Below are positions 37,371 through 47,941 of a stretch of DNA of 64,000 bases, piece after piece (the stretch's first letter is position 1; each line of letters begins with the position of its first letter). Made by a program: the position numbers and the translations under genes. The DNA comes from Candidatus Cloacimonadales bacterium (GTDB taxonomy: Bacteria; Cloacimonadota; Cloacimonadia; Cloacimonadales; JAFGVF01). The stretch spans positions 992,001-1,056,000 of the forward strand of contig CAXXJV010000001.1 in the NCBI GenBank assembly GCA_963663475.2. Reading direction: 5' to 3'. Under the pieces are notes generated by a model. It ran no database searches. It was not told the origin of the DNA and saw nothing but the letters and a program-made list of their open reading frames with translations.

Positions 37371-38330
37371 TTAATGTTTTTCGGTGCTATAATAAAAAAG
37401 TTCAGTCCCATTAGGTGATATGTAAACTATTCTTGGTGAAATTTCTATTTCTGATATTAGTAGCCCAGTAGAATCATATATTTCTACCTTGGAGGTTTTT
37501 GAACTTATATAATCACCAGAGCTATTTATTGTTGGAGTAAAAGCACGCCCACAGCCTCCAATAGATGATACTGTCCAATCATCATTATCAATTTCAATTA
37601 AACGACATTCACCAACTGCATATATGACAAACTTGGTGTTGTTTTTATCATGAGAATATAAATTTCCAAAATAACCTTTATCTTCTATCTCTTCAGTTAA
37701 AATATTATACGACATAATCAAGTTTCCAGAATATTTCTTATAGTAAATATAGTTATCGTCATTTGATATTACGGGGTATCCTACGTCTTTTAGTACAATA
37801 TCTTTAACAATGATATTTTCTTCAATATCATAGATATAACTTCTCAGAGTATTATGTAAAAGTAATCTCTCCTCGCTATGAAACATTGATACTGTTGCAT
37901 AATCTAATGTATCAATCAAAGTATCTAGTTCAAAAGAGCTTAAATCTATTTTAACTAATTTATATCTTTTACCTTTAACTGTACAATACATAGAATTAAA
38001 ATTATTTGTATAACAATAACTAATCATCAGCAATGAGTCAGGTAATAACTTCACGCTATTAGAACCATCTCTATCCATTACAATATTACCATTTGTTATT
38101 CTTGTACCGTCATATGAGAATCTCAATGCATTTGCTTTATCATCAGTATAACTTTCAGGAATATAGTTGTACTCAAACTCCCATTTAACAATTTTATCTT
38201 CACTACCATCAATGTTTATAGATTTTAGACAATTATAAGAAACCTCTTTATCATCTGGTTTAAAGAGATTGCATCCAATAATTATGCTCATAATAAGCAA
38301 GAGAACAGTAATGCTAGTGGTTCTTTTCAT
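37371..38330 (-). CDS. Lipoprotein, beta-propeller (TolB-like) repeats; paralog of neighbour
   Basis: Lipobox IIGC; RFSYDGTRITNG versus neighbour RFTIDGTKVTDG; ISPNGTELFY. Confidence 0.7.
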   Translation of the reverse strand: MKRTTSITVLLLIMSIIIGCNLFKPDDKEVSYNCLKSINIDGSEDKIVKWEFEYNYIPESYTDDKANALRFSYDGTRITNGNIVMDRDGSNSVKLLPDSLLMISYCYTNNFNSMYCTVKGKRYKLVKIDLSSFELDTLIDTLDYATVSMFHSEERLLLHNTLRSYIYDIEENIIVKDIVLKDVGYPVISNDDNYIYYKKYSGNLIMSYNILTEEIEDKGYFGNLYSHDKNNTKFVIYAVGECRLIEIDNDDWTVSSIGGCGRAFTPTINSSGDYISSKTSKVEIYDSTGLLISEIEISPRIVYISPNGTELFYYSTEKH

Positions 38331-38510
38331 CCTACCTCCTTAATAATGTTTTTTATAGTATGAACTTGATCCATTCATGGAAAACTTATCATTTAACAAT
38401 TAGTCTGCAACATATCATACTATTAACGAGCTTAATTCATGATTACATGGAAATGCTCGTTAACTTAATATTAAATAGCTATTTATGAAATAATAGCGAA
38501 TTTACTTGCT

Positions 38511-38630
38511 TTAATTTTCATCCTTTTTTATATACCATAAGAATTCTTCTAACAAATTACTAAACTGTTTAGCTTGTTTACTTCTAGGGTCATATTTTAT
38601 AACAGATAATCAACAACGGGGCTTTTTCCA
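38511..38630 (-). pseudogene. Relic fragment of a second parA 3' end
   Basis: Translates to SVIKYDPRSKQAKQFSNLLEEF, matching the ParA C-terminus SVIEYDPKSKQAKEFTNLLSKF. Confidence 0.75.
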
Positions 38631-38663
38631 ACTCTTTAAATATCTAAGTTAGAATTATTTTTT

Positions 38664-39239
38664 CTAATCTTTAAAATTATCTAAAATTTCAGTTAGCTTA
38701 TTTTGTAGCTCTTTTAATTCCTGAGGGATTTTGTTTAAGCTTAAAGTCCTAGTGATAGATGTTCTATTTTTCCAAACTACTTTAGCAAGCTTATCTTGAG
38801 TATATTCATACTCGTCAATCATGGTTTGTAGGGCATCAGCTTCTTCAAATGGGTCCAAGTCTTCGCGGACTAAATTCTCAATTAAAGATATTTCAAGAGC
38901 ATTCCCTTGAGTTAGGATGGCAGGGATTTTCTCTAGTCCTGCTAATTCAGAAGCTCTTAAACGCCTTTCGCCAGAAACTAATACTACCTTATTATCATCT
39001 TTTCTAACAACAATAGGTTGAATAGCCCCATGTCTCTTTATTGATTCTGCTAATTCTTTTAAGCTTTCTTCAGCGAGTTCTTTTCGAGGCTGATAAGGGT
39101 TATCTTTAATTATATCTAGAGGAATAGAATATATATTACTATCTTCTCTTGATAGATCTATATATTGAGATAATTTTACTGTTTTAGAAGCTGTTCTTTT
39201 TTTGGCTGACGTCTTTATACTGTAGTTTTTATTTCCCAT
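38664..39239 (-). CDS. ParB/Spo0J-family protein, C-terminally truncated
   Basis: NPYQPRK, IQPIVVR, GERRLRA, ENLVREDL, HTH; only 191 aa. Confidence 0.8.
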   Translation of the reverse strand: MGNKNYSIKTSAKKRTASKTVKLSQYIDLSREDSNIYSIPLDIIKDNPYQPRKELAEESLKELAESIKRHGAIQPIVVRKDDNKVVLVSGERRLRASELAGLEKIPAILTQGNALEISLIENLVREDLDPFEEADALQTMIDEYEYTQDKLAKVVWKNRTSITRTLSLNKIPQELKELQNKLTEILDNFKD

Positions 39240-39991
39240 TTTCTACTCTCTTTAAAAAATTTCGATAACAAGTTAGTGAACTCTTTTGCTTGCTTGCTTT
39301 TGGGATCGTATTCAATAACAGATTCGTTGTTTACAGGACTCTCTTCAACAACAAATCCTCCATGGATCAATGTGTCAAAAACGTTAGTGTGGTAGTCTTC
39401 TCTTAACACTTCTTCAATTTCTGTACCCATTACGGCTTTTCTACCCTCAACTAAGCTAAGTAGTATTCCAACAATTCTAAGATTGTTATTAAATCTGCGT
39501 TTAGTCTTTTCTACAGACTCAAAGAGGTCTCTTAACCCTTCTAGGGCAAATGGGGCAGGTTTAGTTGGGATAAGAACTAAATCAGAAGCATTTAATGCCA
39601 CATGATTTAAATAACCAAATGAAGGTAAGCAGTCAATAATAATAAAGTCATAATCTTTTTTAATCGTTTCTAAACCTTCTTTTAGCATAGAGATGACATC
39701 TAGATATCCATCTGATACTTTAGACAATCGAATATTTGCTCCAATGAGATGCAGGTTCTTGCTAATTATTTGGGGGACCAGGTTGGGAGAATCTCCATTA
39801 TAAAAGTCTTTTACGTCAGCTGTCATCTTGGTGGAGTCTTCTAGAAAAGCACTTGTCAGATTTCCTTGAGTATCATTATCTATTGCTAATATTTTAATCC
39901 CTTTATTAGGTAACCCCTTCGCCAGGTTAAAGGCTATGGTTGTTTTACTAACCCCACCTTTTTGGTTAATTACTGAAATTATTTTACTCAT
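39215..39991 (-). CDS. ParA/Soj-family ATPase, degenerate motifs
   Basis: NQKGGVSKTT (Walker A Gly replaced by Ser), DNDTQGN, IIDCLP. Confidence 0.85.
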   Translation of the reverse strand: MSKIISVINQKGGVSKTTIAFNLAKGLPNKGIKILAIDNDTQGNLTSAFLEDSTKMTADVKDFYNGDSPNLVPQIISKNLHLIGANIRLSKVSDGYLDVISMLKEGLETIKKDYDFIIIDCLPSFGYLNHVALNASDLVLIPTKPAPFALEGLRDLFESVEKTKRRFNNNLRIVGILLSLVEGRKAVMGTEIEEVLREDYHTNVFDTLIHGGFVVEESPVNNESVIEYDPKSKQAKEFTNLLSKFFKESRKWEIKTTV

Positions 39992-40486
39992 TGTTCCCCT
40001 TTATGAATAATATTAAACCAAACTTACATTTATTCAAATTTATTGCAAGGAATTTATCTTTTTTGATAGAAGGCTCTGCTGTTTAGTTGAATTAAAGTAA
40101 TTATTCTAGATTAATGGGTTATAGAGTAAAGGGTTTATCTCAGGAAAAAAGAAAAGCTATAATGAATAACTATAAGAATGTGCAAGCTGGTACATTCAAA
40201 AAAAGTAAGAATTTTTTGAATATTTGTAGTTTTTTATAAATTTCCCACAACTATGTTTAGGATTTTCTTATCTTTCAAAAGATTTTATCATCCTTTTTTT
40301 TTACAGTAGATATATTATTGTATTTCAACTTAATACAATATTTCTATAAAATGTCATAATGATATATATCAAATTAACTTCTTAACAGATATACAGCTTT
40401 CTATAAGTTGGAAATCGAATGATGACTAAATCATTAAAAGATATTTAAAAAGTTAATCGAGTGAGCAAGAGTGAAACATAAAAATC

Positions 40487-41247
40487 TTACCAACCAGTCA
40501 CTAACAGCCTTCTGGCGGCTTTAATCCCACAATTTTGATAATGATTGTATGCTTCAGCAGCTTTTTCTGCTACTTGTGCATCTGTTTGATTTAACAACCA
40601 CACATCGATTGACCATTTAATAGTATATGCCTCAGGTGCCATCAAGTTAGTAGTCCAGACTAAAGGATTAGCACCAGAATCAAAGAGATATTCTGCAAAA
40701 TACTTCTGACTAGCACAAGCTAAGATAATTGCGTCTATCTCTTTATCATTTTGTTGGAAAGTTGGCTCAATATGAAAGTCCATAAGACCGTTATGCCCTA
40801 TATAAGCAACTAAATTCGATTTACCACCAAACTTAAGAGTTGATGATTGAAAAGTTACTTCAGTTTCAAAGGCTGCATTACAGGCATAAAGAAAATCTAA
40901 AGTTGTCTGCTTAATCTCTTTTCCATCATAAGCATCAGCTAAAAGATAGGTATTTGTTGTCTTATGCTTAAAGAAAGCTCTTTCGAGAATAATATCTGTA
41001 GGATTATTGTAAGTTTCTACTAATGTCCACTCTTTACTATTCTTGAAATATGTTTTAATTCCATAGCCACACCCCCAGTATAGATTATTTTTTGGGTCCT
41101 GACCGTTACCAATACCCTTTGGGACTGGAACAATTCCTTGATTCACATTATCACAAGTGCTACAAAAATATGTATAGTTTGTAATCTATTTGCTGATAAT
41201 TCCAATAAGTTCAATAATAATAGTATAAATGTAATTGTGTATTTCAT
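40487..41247 (-). pseudogene. Frameshifted secreted hypothetical protein
   Basis: Upstream frame MKYTITFILLLLNLLELSANRLQTIHIFVAL joins CDNVNQGIVPVP if one T is restored near 41155. Confidence 0.65.
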
Positions 41248-41449
41248 TAAACCCCTTTTTAAAAGCTAAATTATATATATAATTATAAATGTTGAATTAT
41301 CATGTCAAGATATTTTGTTGTATGCTGTGCATTCCTGCTAGGGAGACTGTTCAACCATCAAGCCATTCTTCCCGTTTTTACTTTTAGCAAAAGGTAAAGT
41401 CCCCTTAAAAATTAAAGAGGACTTATGGAGATTTCAATGAGATTTTATC

Positions 41450-42583
41450 TTATTTGTTTAGTATTTCTTTTGCTTTATCAGCATTGCTTGAACTAACGAG
41501 AATTATAGGGCCAGTACAACCCATACCTGTTTCAGCATAGATGTTTTCTTGCCAAAGTTTTTGGCAAGCATCTTCAATTTCTAAGATATCAATACCAGAT
41601 ATTTGATAAGTAACAATCTCTTTTGCAGGTACTTGAATAATAGCATTAGACTTAGCTTTTTGCCCACAATGTAGCTTTAACAGGTCATTTAGTCCTGCTT
41701 TATTAGCTAGAGCAATTTCAGCACAATTAATTTTCATAATCTTATTAGTAGCAGATTTGGCACAGTAGCTTAAAGCACTAACTATCAAAGGAGCTCCAGA
41801 AGCTCTAGAAATAATGTTAATTAGATTAACACTACTATCTTCATTTGTTGGTAAACCAGGACCATAGCCAGAACCACTTGTTTCATAGTTACCACCACTA
41901 GTAAAGGCAGATAAGACTTTGATAAGTAGATTACCTGTTAGTGAATCACATACCATAATATCAGGTGTTCCCATCAGCAAATCATTACCTCGCATCACAC
42001 AACCACCATCAGCCCTAGCAGAAGTAGCAAAGTTTATATCATAGCCATTTGTCTTTAAATCTGTTAATAATTTTTCTACTTGTCTGGCTCCTTCAATATT
42101 AAGGATACCTACTTTTGGTTGTTCGATTCCATTTGCCTTAGCAGTTGCAATAGCAATAATAGTGTTTTTTACCATTGCTTCAACTCGGTTAATGGCTGTA
42201 GTTCCAGTAGTTGTGGCAATATACATTTCTTTTCCTAGACCAGGAGTAATAACTTTACCTACTGTGGAAACTCCGATAGGAAAGTCATAATGCAAAGTAA
42301 CTGCACCATCAATTTTATTATCAGTAAATAGTTTATTCATGATAGCATGAGCAGCTTCTAAGCTGTCTGCTTGATAATGTTCAAAATCACCTAGCTTTTT
42401 GCCAATAAGGACAGGTGTATATTCTTTTAGGTTAAAATTGCTAACTACTTGCTCCCAAATTTTATCATCATGCTCACTCCCAATAGTAGTCAAGGCAATC
42501 TTAACTTTGGGTGCATAATTGCCAGATAAAATATCATCAGCTATCTGGTTAAAGCTTTGGGCTATAACTTGCTTAGTTTTCAT
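41450..42583 (-). CDS. grdD: Glycine reductase complex component C, alpha subunit (PlsX-like)
   Basis: VTLHYDFPIGVSTVG, RGNDLL, SRASGAP, ETGMGCTGP. Confidence 0.93.
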   Translation of the reverse strand: MKTKQVIAQSFNQIADDILSGNYAPKVKIALTTIGSEHDDKIWEQVVSNFNLKEYTPVLIGKKLGDFEHYQADSLEAAHAIMNKLFTDNKIDGAVTLHYDFPIGVSTVGKVITPGLGKEMYIATTTGTTAINRVEAMVKNTIIAIATAKANGIEQPKVGILNIEGARQVEKLLTDLKTNGYDINFATSARADGGCVMRGNDLLMGTPDIMVCDSLTGNLLIKVLSAFTSGGNYETSGSGYGPGLPTNEDSSVNLINIISRASGAPLIVSALSYCAKSATNKIMKINCAEIALANKAGLNDLLKLHCGQKAKSNAIIQVPAKEIVTYQISGIDILEIEDACQKLWQENIYAETGMGCTGPIILVSSSNADKAKEILNK

Positions 42584-42585
42584 TA

Positions 42586-44124
42586 TTAAACCTCTTGTTC
42601 ATTTGTTAATAACTCAGCAGTCTTCTTCATAGCCTGTGCTATCATAATTTTAATTTCATCTTTATCAATATGGTTATCTTCTTTTGCTTGGAGGCCAGGA
42701 TTCTTTTCAATAACCAGTGAGATTCCGTCAAAGAGATTAGTCATCCTTCCTAAGAAAAGAGAACCTTTACCAATAACCATAAAATTATCATAATCTCCTG
42801 CGAGAAGATGCTTTCTCCCATGACCAATAATAGGGACTCCAGAAGGAATATGTCCTTGGGTAGGAGCGAAGCCTTGGTAGCCATGTTCTTCAACAAATTT
42901 AGGCATGTCTTTTCTGTCTAATTGACCAGATTTTACTGCTAAAGCCCCAATCATTTTGATATTTTGGGTTGGTACGTCACCAGCTCCTGCAGGAAGAGTC
43001 ATTTCAGGAATTTGCATTTCAGCTGAGAATTTATTAATATCAGGAATTTTTTTACCAATTTTAGCTAAAGGATCTAGAACAAGAGCGGTAGTTACAGCTT
43101 GGGGAGAGGAGCCATGTCCTACTGTATGGCTACCTACAGAATCAGTTCTAATAATTGGATTTATGCCATCATTCTCACTGATTAGGATAGCAAAAGTTCC
43201 CAGAACATCTTCGAGAATTGGCATGTCTTTTTTTACATGGTCTTTACCATTCATTCCTAGTTTAGCTGTAGCTCCACCAGCCAAAATTACAACATTTTTG
43301 AAGATACCACTTTGGACAAGAGAGGCTGCATTTACAAGAGAATGAGTAGGAGCAGCACAGAATCCACGCATATCAACGCCAGTAGCATTTTTTAAGCCAA
43401 CAACTTCTGCGATAGATTTAGCAAGGTTTCCTCCACCACGCTGGTTTTGGTCTCCAATAGCTTCTTCAGAACACTCAATTACATAGGCTATATCATCAGT
43501 GTTAAGGTCTTTAACCAGATGTAGTAGTGCTAAGACACCAGAAGCTTTTACTGCAAGGTTTTCTAACATATAGTGAGATGATAAATTAGGGTCACTTTTA
43601 TGAGCATCAAGAACGCAAGCGACTAATTGACCTTTTTCATAAAGACCTTGGGCATTGTCAGCAAGATAGCTTTCAAGTTCAGTTTTTTCTATTCCATCTT
43701 TAATTTTATCAGTAAAGTTCTTTAATAATTCATGTTTACTAAATTTCTCTTTGATTCTCTGGGCAAAAGTACTTTCTAATTTTACTAGGTCAAAAACATC
43801 AGAGATTTGGATAAGGCCATAAAAAAGATCTTGAGGTAGAATTTCTCCAAAGAGTCCTTGCGGATTTGCATCTTTATCATAGTTGGCATACCAAGGTTTA
43901 GGAGCACTAGCTAAATCTTCAGGAGTCATGTTACCAATATAAGTTTGATAAGGGGCATAACCAACAACTTCCGCAAAGGAACGAAGATTAGATTCTAAAT
44001 TTTTTACATAATCAGAATTAGGATTCTTGCTTCTTTCGTTAGTTTGAGTTGTTCCATTATGAATCAACATATCAGGAGTATGCACTAGGGCATAAGCAGT
44101 CTTTTTTATAACAGGGAAATTCAT
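42586..44124 (-). CDS. grdC: Glycine reductase complex component C, beta subunit (FabH-like)
   Basis: ECSEEAIGDQNQRGGGN, RGFCAAP, APTQGHIPSG, GKGSLFLGRMTNLFDG. Confidence 0.94.
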   Translation of the reverse strand: MNFPVIKKTAYALVHTPDMLIHNGTTQTNERSKNPNSDYVKNLESNLRSFAEVVGYAPYQTYIGNMTPEDLASAPKPWYANYDKDANPQGLFGEILPQDLFYGLIQISDVFDLVKLESTFAQRIKEKFSKHELLKNFTDKIKDGIEKTELESYLADNAQGLYEKGQLVACVLDAHKSDPNLSSHYMLENLAVKASGVLALLHLVKDLNTDDIAYVIECSEEAIGDQNQRGGGNLAKSIAEVVGLKNATGVDMRGFCAAPTHSLVNAASLVQSGIFKNVVILAGGATAKLGMNGKDHVKKDMPILEDVLGTFAILISENDGINPIIRTDSVGSHTVGHGSSPQAVTTALVLDPLAKIGKKIPDINKFSAEMQIPEMTLPAGAGDVPTQNIKMIGALAVKSGQLDRKDMPKFVEEHGYQGFAPTQGHIPSGVPIIGHGRKHLLAGDYDNFMVIGKGSLFLGRMTNLFDGISLVIEKNPGLQAKEDNHIDKDEIKIMIAQAMKKTAELLTNEQEV

Positions 44125-44157
44125 TTATTAATCCTCACTATATATTTTTTGTTTGGA

Positions 44158-44185
44158 CTGGGCTGTAAGCAATCTCACAGCCCAG
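44158..44185. other. Intercistronic stem-loop between grdB and grdC
   Basis: CTGGGCTGT...ACAGCCCAG; no U-tract on the coding (minus) strand. Confidence 0.6.
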
Positions 44186-44192
44186 ATTTTTA

Positions 44193-45494
44193 TTATTTTT
44201 CAAAGATAGTTTGCTCACTTATCTCAGTTTGTAAGGCTTCTAAAGCTCTTTCAACAAGAGAATAACGTAATTCATATTCCTTATCTTTACTTAGGTTAGG
44301 ATCACCTAATGGATGTGGGATAGCCACAGTAGGTAAGATTCTATTAGCTCCGACAGTAAGAGATATTGGAGTAATAGTACACATGTGAACTACTGGCAAT
44401 AATCTTTCAATTTCTTTAACTAACGTTGCACCGCAACGAGTACAAGTTCCTCATGTAGAGGTTAGAATAACAGCGCTAACACCATCTGCAACTAGCTCTT
44501 TAGCAATTTCAGCACCCCATTTCTTGGCATCAGCAACAGCAGTACCGTTACCAGTAGTAGAGTAGAAGTAATTATGGAGTGAAGCAATTTTACCTTCTTT
44601 AACCATGTTTCTAAGAACATCTACAGGGATTACCCTATCACTGTCTTGGTTAGCATAAGTTGGGTCGTAACCACCATGAGCTGTCTCGTATGTATCAGCA
44701 GTCAAATCACTAACACCAGTGATATCATATTTTCCATACTTTGAAGCACTAGATGATTCGATGTGGTCTGGATTACCTTTTGGAACAATTCCTCCCGAGG
44801 TAACAATAGCAATTTTTGCCTGTGTGATATTCTCTACTGGAGCATGTGGTTCTACACTATCAAAAAGAGGCATTGGAAACTCTGTAGTAAAGTCTTCATT
44901 ACGAAGTTTTTTAACTAAGAGATCAACAGCTCTAGCAGAGCCTCTTTTGTCTGCGAAATAATTAACTCTGATACCACGTGGAATATAGCCTTCAGCTTGT
45001 GGATTTCCAATCTCTTCTTTGTTGATAATCTTTTTTAAGAACTTTCCTAAGGCTGGGAGAGCTTTTCTCATGCCAGCAGCACTATTGCTTGTTTCTAGAA
45101 TGTAAGCATCTTTAACAAACATTTCTACACCAGGATTCTCAGGGTACATGGCTGTGACAACTGGAATGCCCAATTCGTTCTTAACCGCTTGGCAAATAGC
45201 TCCGCAAGCAACACCATATCTTCCTGCATTAAAAGCAGGACCTGCAACAAAGATATCAGGGTTATATTTCTTAATCATTGTGATGATTTCAGCTTTAGCT
45301 TGTTCCATGTTTTCATTGAAATAGGTATCACCACATATCACTGTTGCAACTATCTCTGCCTGTCCCTTCAACTGGCTATTTAAACCTAATCCAGGACCTA
45401 CAAAACCTTGTCTTACTTCAGGTTTATGATTGGCAAATTCTTCTCCACCAATTCCTCCATAGAATTGATTTATATAATGTACAATTTTAATCAA
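44193..45494 (-). CDS. grdB: Glycine reductase selenoprotein B (Sec at TGA 44451-44453, codon 348)
   Basis: ORFs 44451-45494 and 44193-44399 join in frame through TGA giving LTST-U-GTCTRCGAT (UxxCxxC); SECIS-like hairpin CGTTGC-GGT-GCAACG at 44424-44438. Confidence 0.95.
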
Positions 45495-45530
45495 TTTTAA
45501 CTCCTTGATTAAATAAGTGAAATACTTTAC

Positions 45531-45998
45531 CTAAGCAGAACAACTGCTTCTGATTGCATCCATCTCATCACAAATAGCTTCAACATCTAATACCATTTCC
45601 ATCATTCCACATTGGTCGTCATAGACTTGTGGATCGCAATTGTCCTTGATAATAGGCTCAACTACATGGTAAACAGGAAGATCTAAAGCAATGCCAGCAA
45701 GTGGGCCAGCAAATGTAGGGTCTCCAGTGAGAACTGTTTCAGCAGCCAATCCAGCAGCTTCAGCTTCAGCTCCACCTAGAATTACAACTAAATTGTCTTT
45801 TCCTTCTTTTTCTGCAAAATCTTTAACTCTTTTTTGGATCTCCAGATCCATGGCTCCAGCCGCTGTTCAAACAAAGCATTCTGTTGAAGCAAAAATAACT
45901 TCCGCTCCTAATGTTTTTACAACTTCAGCTATAGCAGGTCCTGGTATTCCATCTCTATCACCAATTACTATTGCTTTTTTACCTTTGAATTCTTGCAT
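45531..45998 (-). CDS. grdA: Glycine reductase selenoprotein A (Sec at TGA 45867-45869, codon 44)
   Basis: [22 protein letters not shown]...[16 protein letters not shown] (CxxU); SECIS-like hairpin TGGATC-TGGA-GATCCA at 45835-45850. Confidence 0.95.
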
Positions 45999-46018
45999 TT
46001 TATTATTCTCCTTTATTA

Positions 46019-47305
46019 TTAATATCCTTTGGCACTTAAATTATGAAAGCCAACCTCTGATGTAGAACCTGTAATAAGTTGAATTTCTGCTTCAATAGAA
46101 CCATCTTCTCTTAAGGAACCTTGGTGGCCACCTGCTATCTTATGAGCTGCTTCTGGATGACCAATGACCCTTTGCATTGGCTTTAATACTATCACCTGAT
46201 TAGCATTACCCCCTGTAACAACGGCATCGCCTGCTGGGGTTGAATCTGCTAAAGATTGTGACCCACCATCTTGGCCAGCATATTCATCAGTCATTAAAAC
46301 TGTCTTGATACCTTTGGCTGAGATCTTATTACAGTTCATAACTAAGTCAGCATCAGGATTACCAAAGCCTTCTTCAGAAATTATGACTGCGTCTGCACCC
46401 ATAAACTCAACTAATTTAGCTGTCATATCAGAAGATCTTTTCTTATCTGCTAAATAAACATTTTCGTTTGTAATCACCACTCCTAAGAAATTATATTCCT
46501 TACCATGAAGAGCATATAAATCTTCAATTATTGGATGATTTTGATGGACATAGGTAGGATTTTTATCACAGGCAGAAACACAGTTTCCACTCAAAACAGC
46601 ACCATCAAAGACCTCAGTTGGATAGATTATGCTAGGTATGATTTTTTTAACATCTACTCCATAAACATAAGTATCGTGAAGTAATCCTTGACTCTGTAGC
46701 ATATAGACATAGACTACTTTGGGAAGGTCAGGATATTGGGCTGCTTGCTCTAATAGAGGTTTTGTCTCAAAAGTAGTAATTTGATCAGGCTCTAGATCTT
46801 TAGCAAGTTTTCCTAACCAGGAAGCAGCATTTAATCCAATTAAACGAACAGCTTCTTCATGCTCATGAGCATCAATACCATCTATTGGCTCACAAGTAAT
46901 TACCAGGTTGTTTAGCTTAGAGAATGGAGTGTATTTAGCCCCTTCCCCTGCCATGTCAATTATCCCTTCTTGGAATCCTACAATCCTACCTGTTGTTACA
47001 ACTGCCATACCCTTTAAGACATGAGTTCTTCCTGAACCAACTGTATCTACAGGACCTATCATACCAGGGAAGATAGTTCCAGATCCAGATACTTTTACCC
47101 GTGGCTCAATAACATCTTTAACTGGGATGATTCTGATGTCTTCACCAGGCTTAGCAATATCCAGAGCAAGGGACTTTATTCTCATATCAGTAGATAATTC
47201 AGTCAGCATTTCTTCCTTATTAATATAAAGAATACCTTGGTCAATTCTAGTTGTTTCAGAAAACTGAATATCTTTTATCTCGATTTTTCCAATTTCTAGT
47301 TTCAT
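46019..47305 (-). CDS. grdE: Glycine reductase component B proprotein
   Basis: [47 protein letters not shown]; start at ATG 47305. Confidence 0.92.
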   Translation of the reverse strand: MKLEIGKIEIKDIQFSETTRIDQGILYINKEEMLTELSTDMRIKSLALDIAKPGEDIRIIPVKDVIEPRVKVSGSGTIFPGMIGPVDTVGSGRTHVLKGMAVVTTGRIVGFQEGIIDMAGEGAKYTPFSKLNNLVITCEPIDGIDAHEHEEAVRLIGLNAASWLGKLAKDLEPDQITTFETKPLLEQAAQYPDLPKVVYVYMLQSQGLLHDTYVYGVDVKKIIPSIIYPTEVFDGAVLSGNCVSACDKNPTYVHQNHPIIEDLYALHGKEYNFLGVVITNENVYLADKKRSSDMTAKLVEFMGADAVIISEEGFGNPDADLVMNCNKISAKGIKTVLMTDEYAGQDGGSQSLADSTPAGDAVVTGGNANQVIVLKPMQRVIGHPEAAHKIAGGHQGSLREDGSIEAEIQLITGSTSEVGFHNLSAKGY

Positions 47306-47318
47306 TTGCTTATCTCGC

Positions 47319-47654
47319 TTATAGATTTTTATAAATTGCTGCAATAAAGCTGTCTATGTTATCAATATCCTCATCAATTTCATCTGGAGAAATTCTCCCC
47401 ATAATATCACCTTGAGAATAGATAATCATTGCTGGTAAACCCATAACTTTCTGACTAATAGCAAGTCTACGAGCTCCCTTAATATTCAAACTTGCGAATT
47501 TGATTTTATCACTATATTTAGCTTCTAACTCGTGCACTCCTGGCATAAGCTCTTTACAAATTTCACAACCATCACTCCAAAAATCAACAAATACAGCCTT
47601 GTCTTTACATTCAAGAACTTGGGCTTCAAAATTGTCTTTTGTTAATTCAATCAT
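47319..47654 (-). CDS. trxA: Thioredoxin of the glycine reductase system
   Basis: VDFWSDGCEIC, RRLAISQKVMGLP. Confidence 0.88.
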   Translation of the reverse strand: MIELTKDNFEAQVLECKDKAVFVDFWSDGCEICKELMPGVHELEAKYSDKIKFASLNIKGARRLAISQKVMGLPAMIIYSQGDIMGRISPDEIDEDIDNIDSFIAAIYKNL

Positions 47655-47665
47655 GATTTCTCCTT

Positions 47666-47941
47666 TTATATTATTTTACTTAAATCATTTAAGTTGTTTG
47701 AAGTCACTATTTTCTTTATCTCTCCCTTCTCTATTCTTAGAATAGTTGGAATGTTGGTGATACCATACTTAGAAGCTAGCCTCTGATTCTTATAAGCATC
47801 AATTTTAACTAACTTTGTCGATGTTTGTTTAGCATGAATCTTTTCTAAATCAGAAATTGCTTGCATACTGTTAGAATCAATCGGACTCCAGAAGGCTACT
47901 AAGACAGGATCTGCACTATCTCTAACTTTCTTATTCCAATT
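47666..47941 (-). pseudogene. Cys-less thioredoxin-like domain separated from TrxB by an in-frame TAA
   Basis: Same frame as trxB: ...EKYIEEE*NWNKKVRDSADPVLVAFWSP...YGITNIPT. Confidence 0.7.

Noticed and set aside
44193-45998. grdA and grdB as pseudogenes
   Set aside because: The TGA codons sit at the known Sec positions and have downstream SECIS-like hairpins
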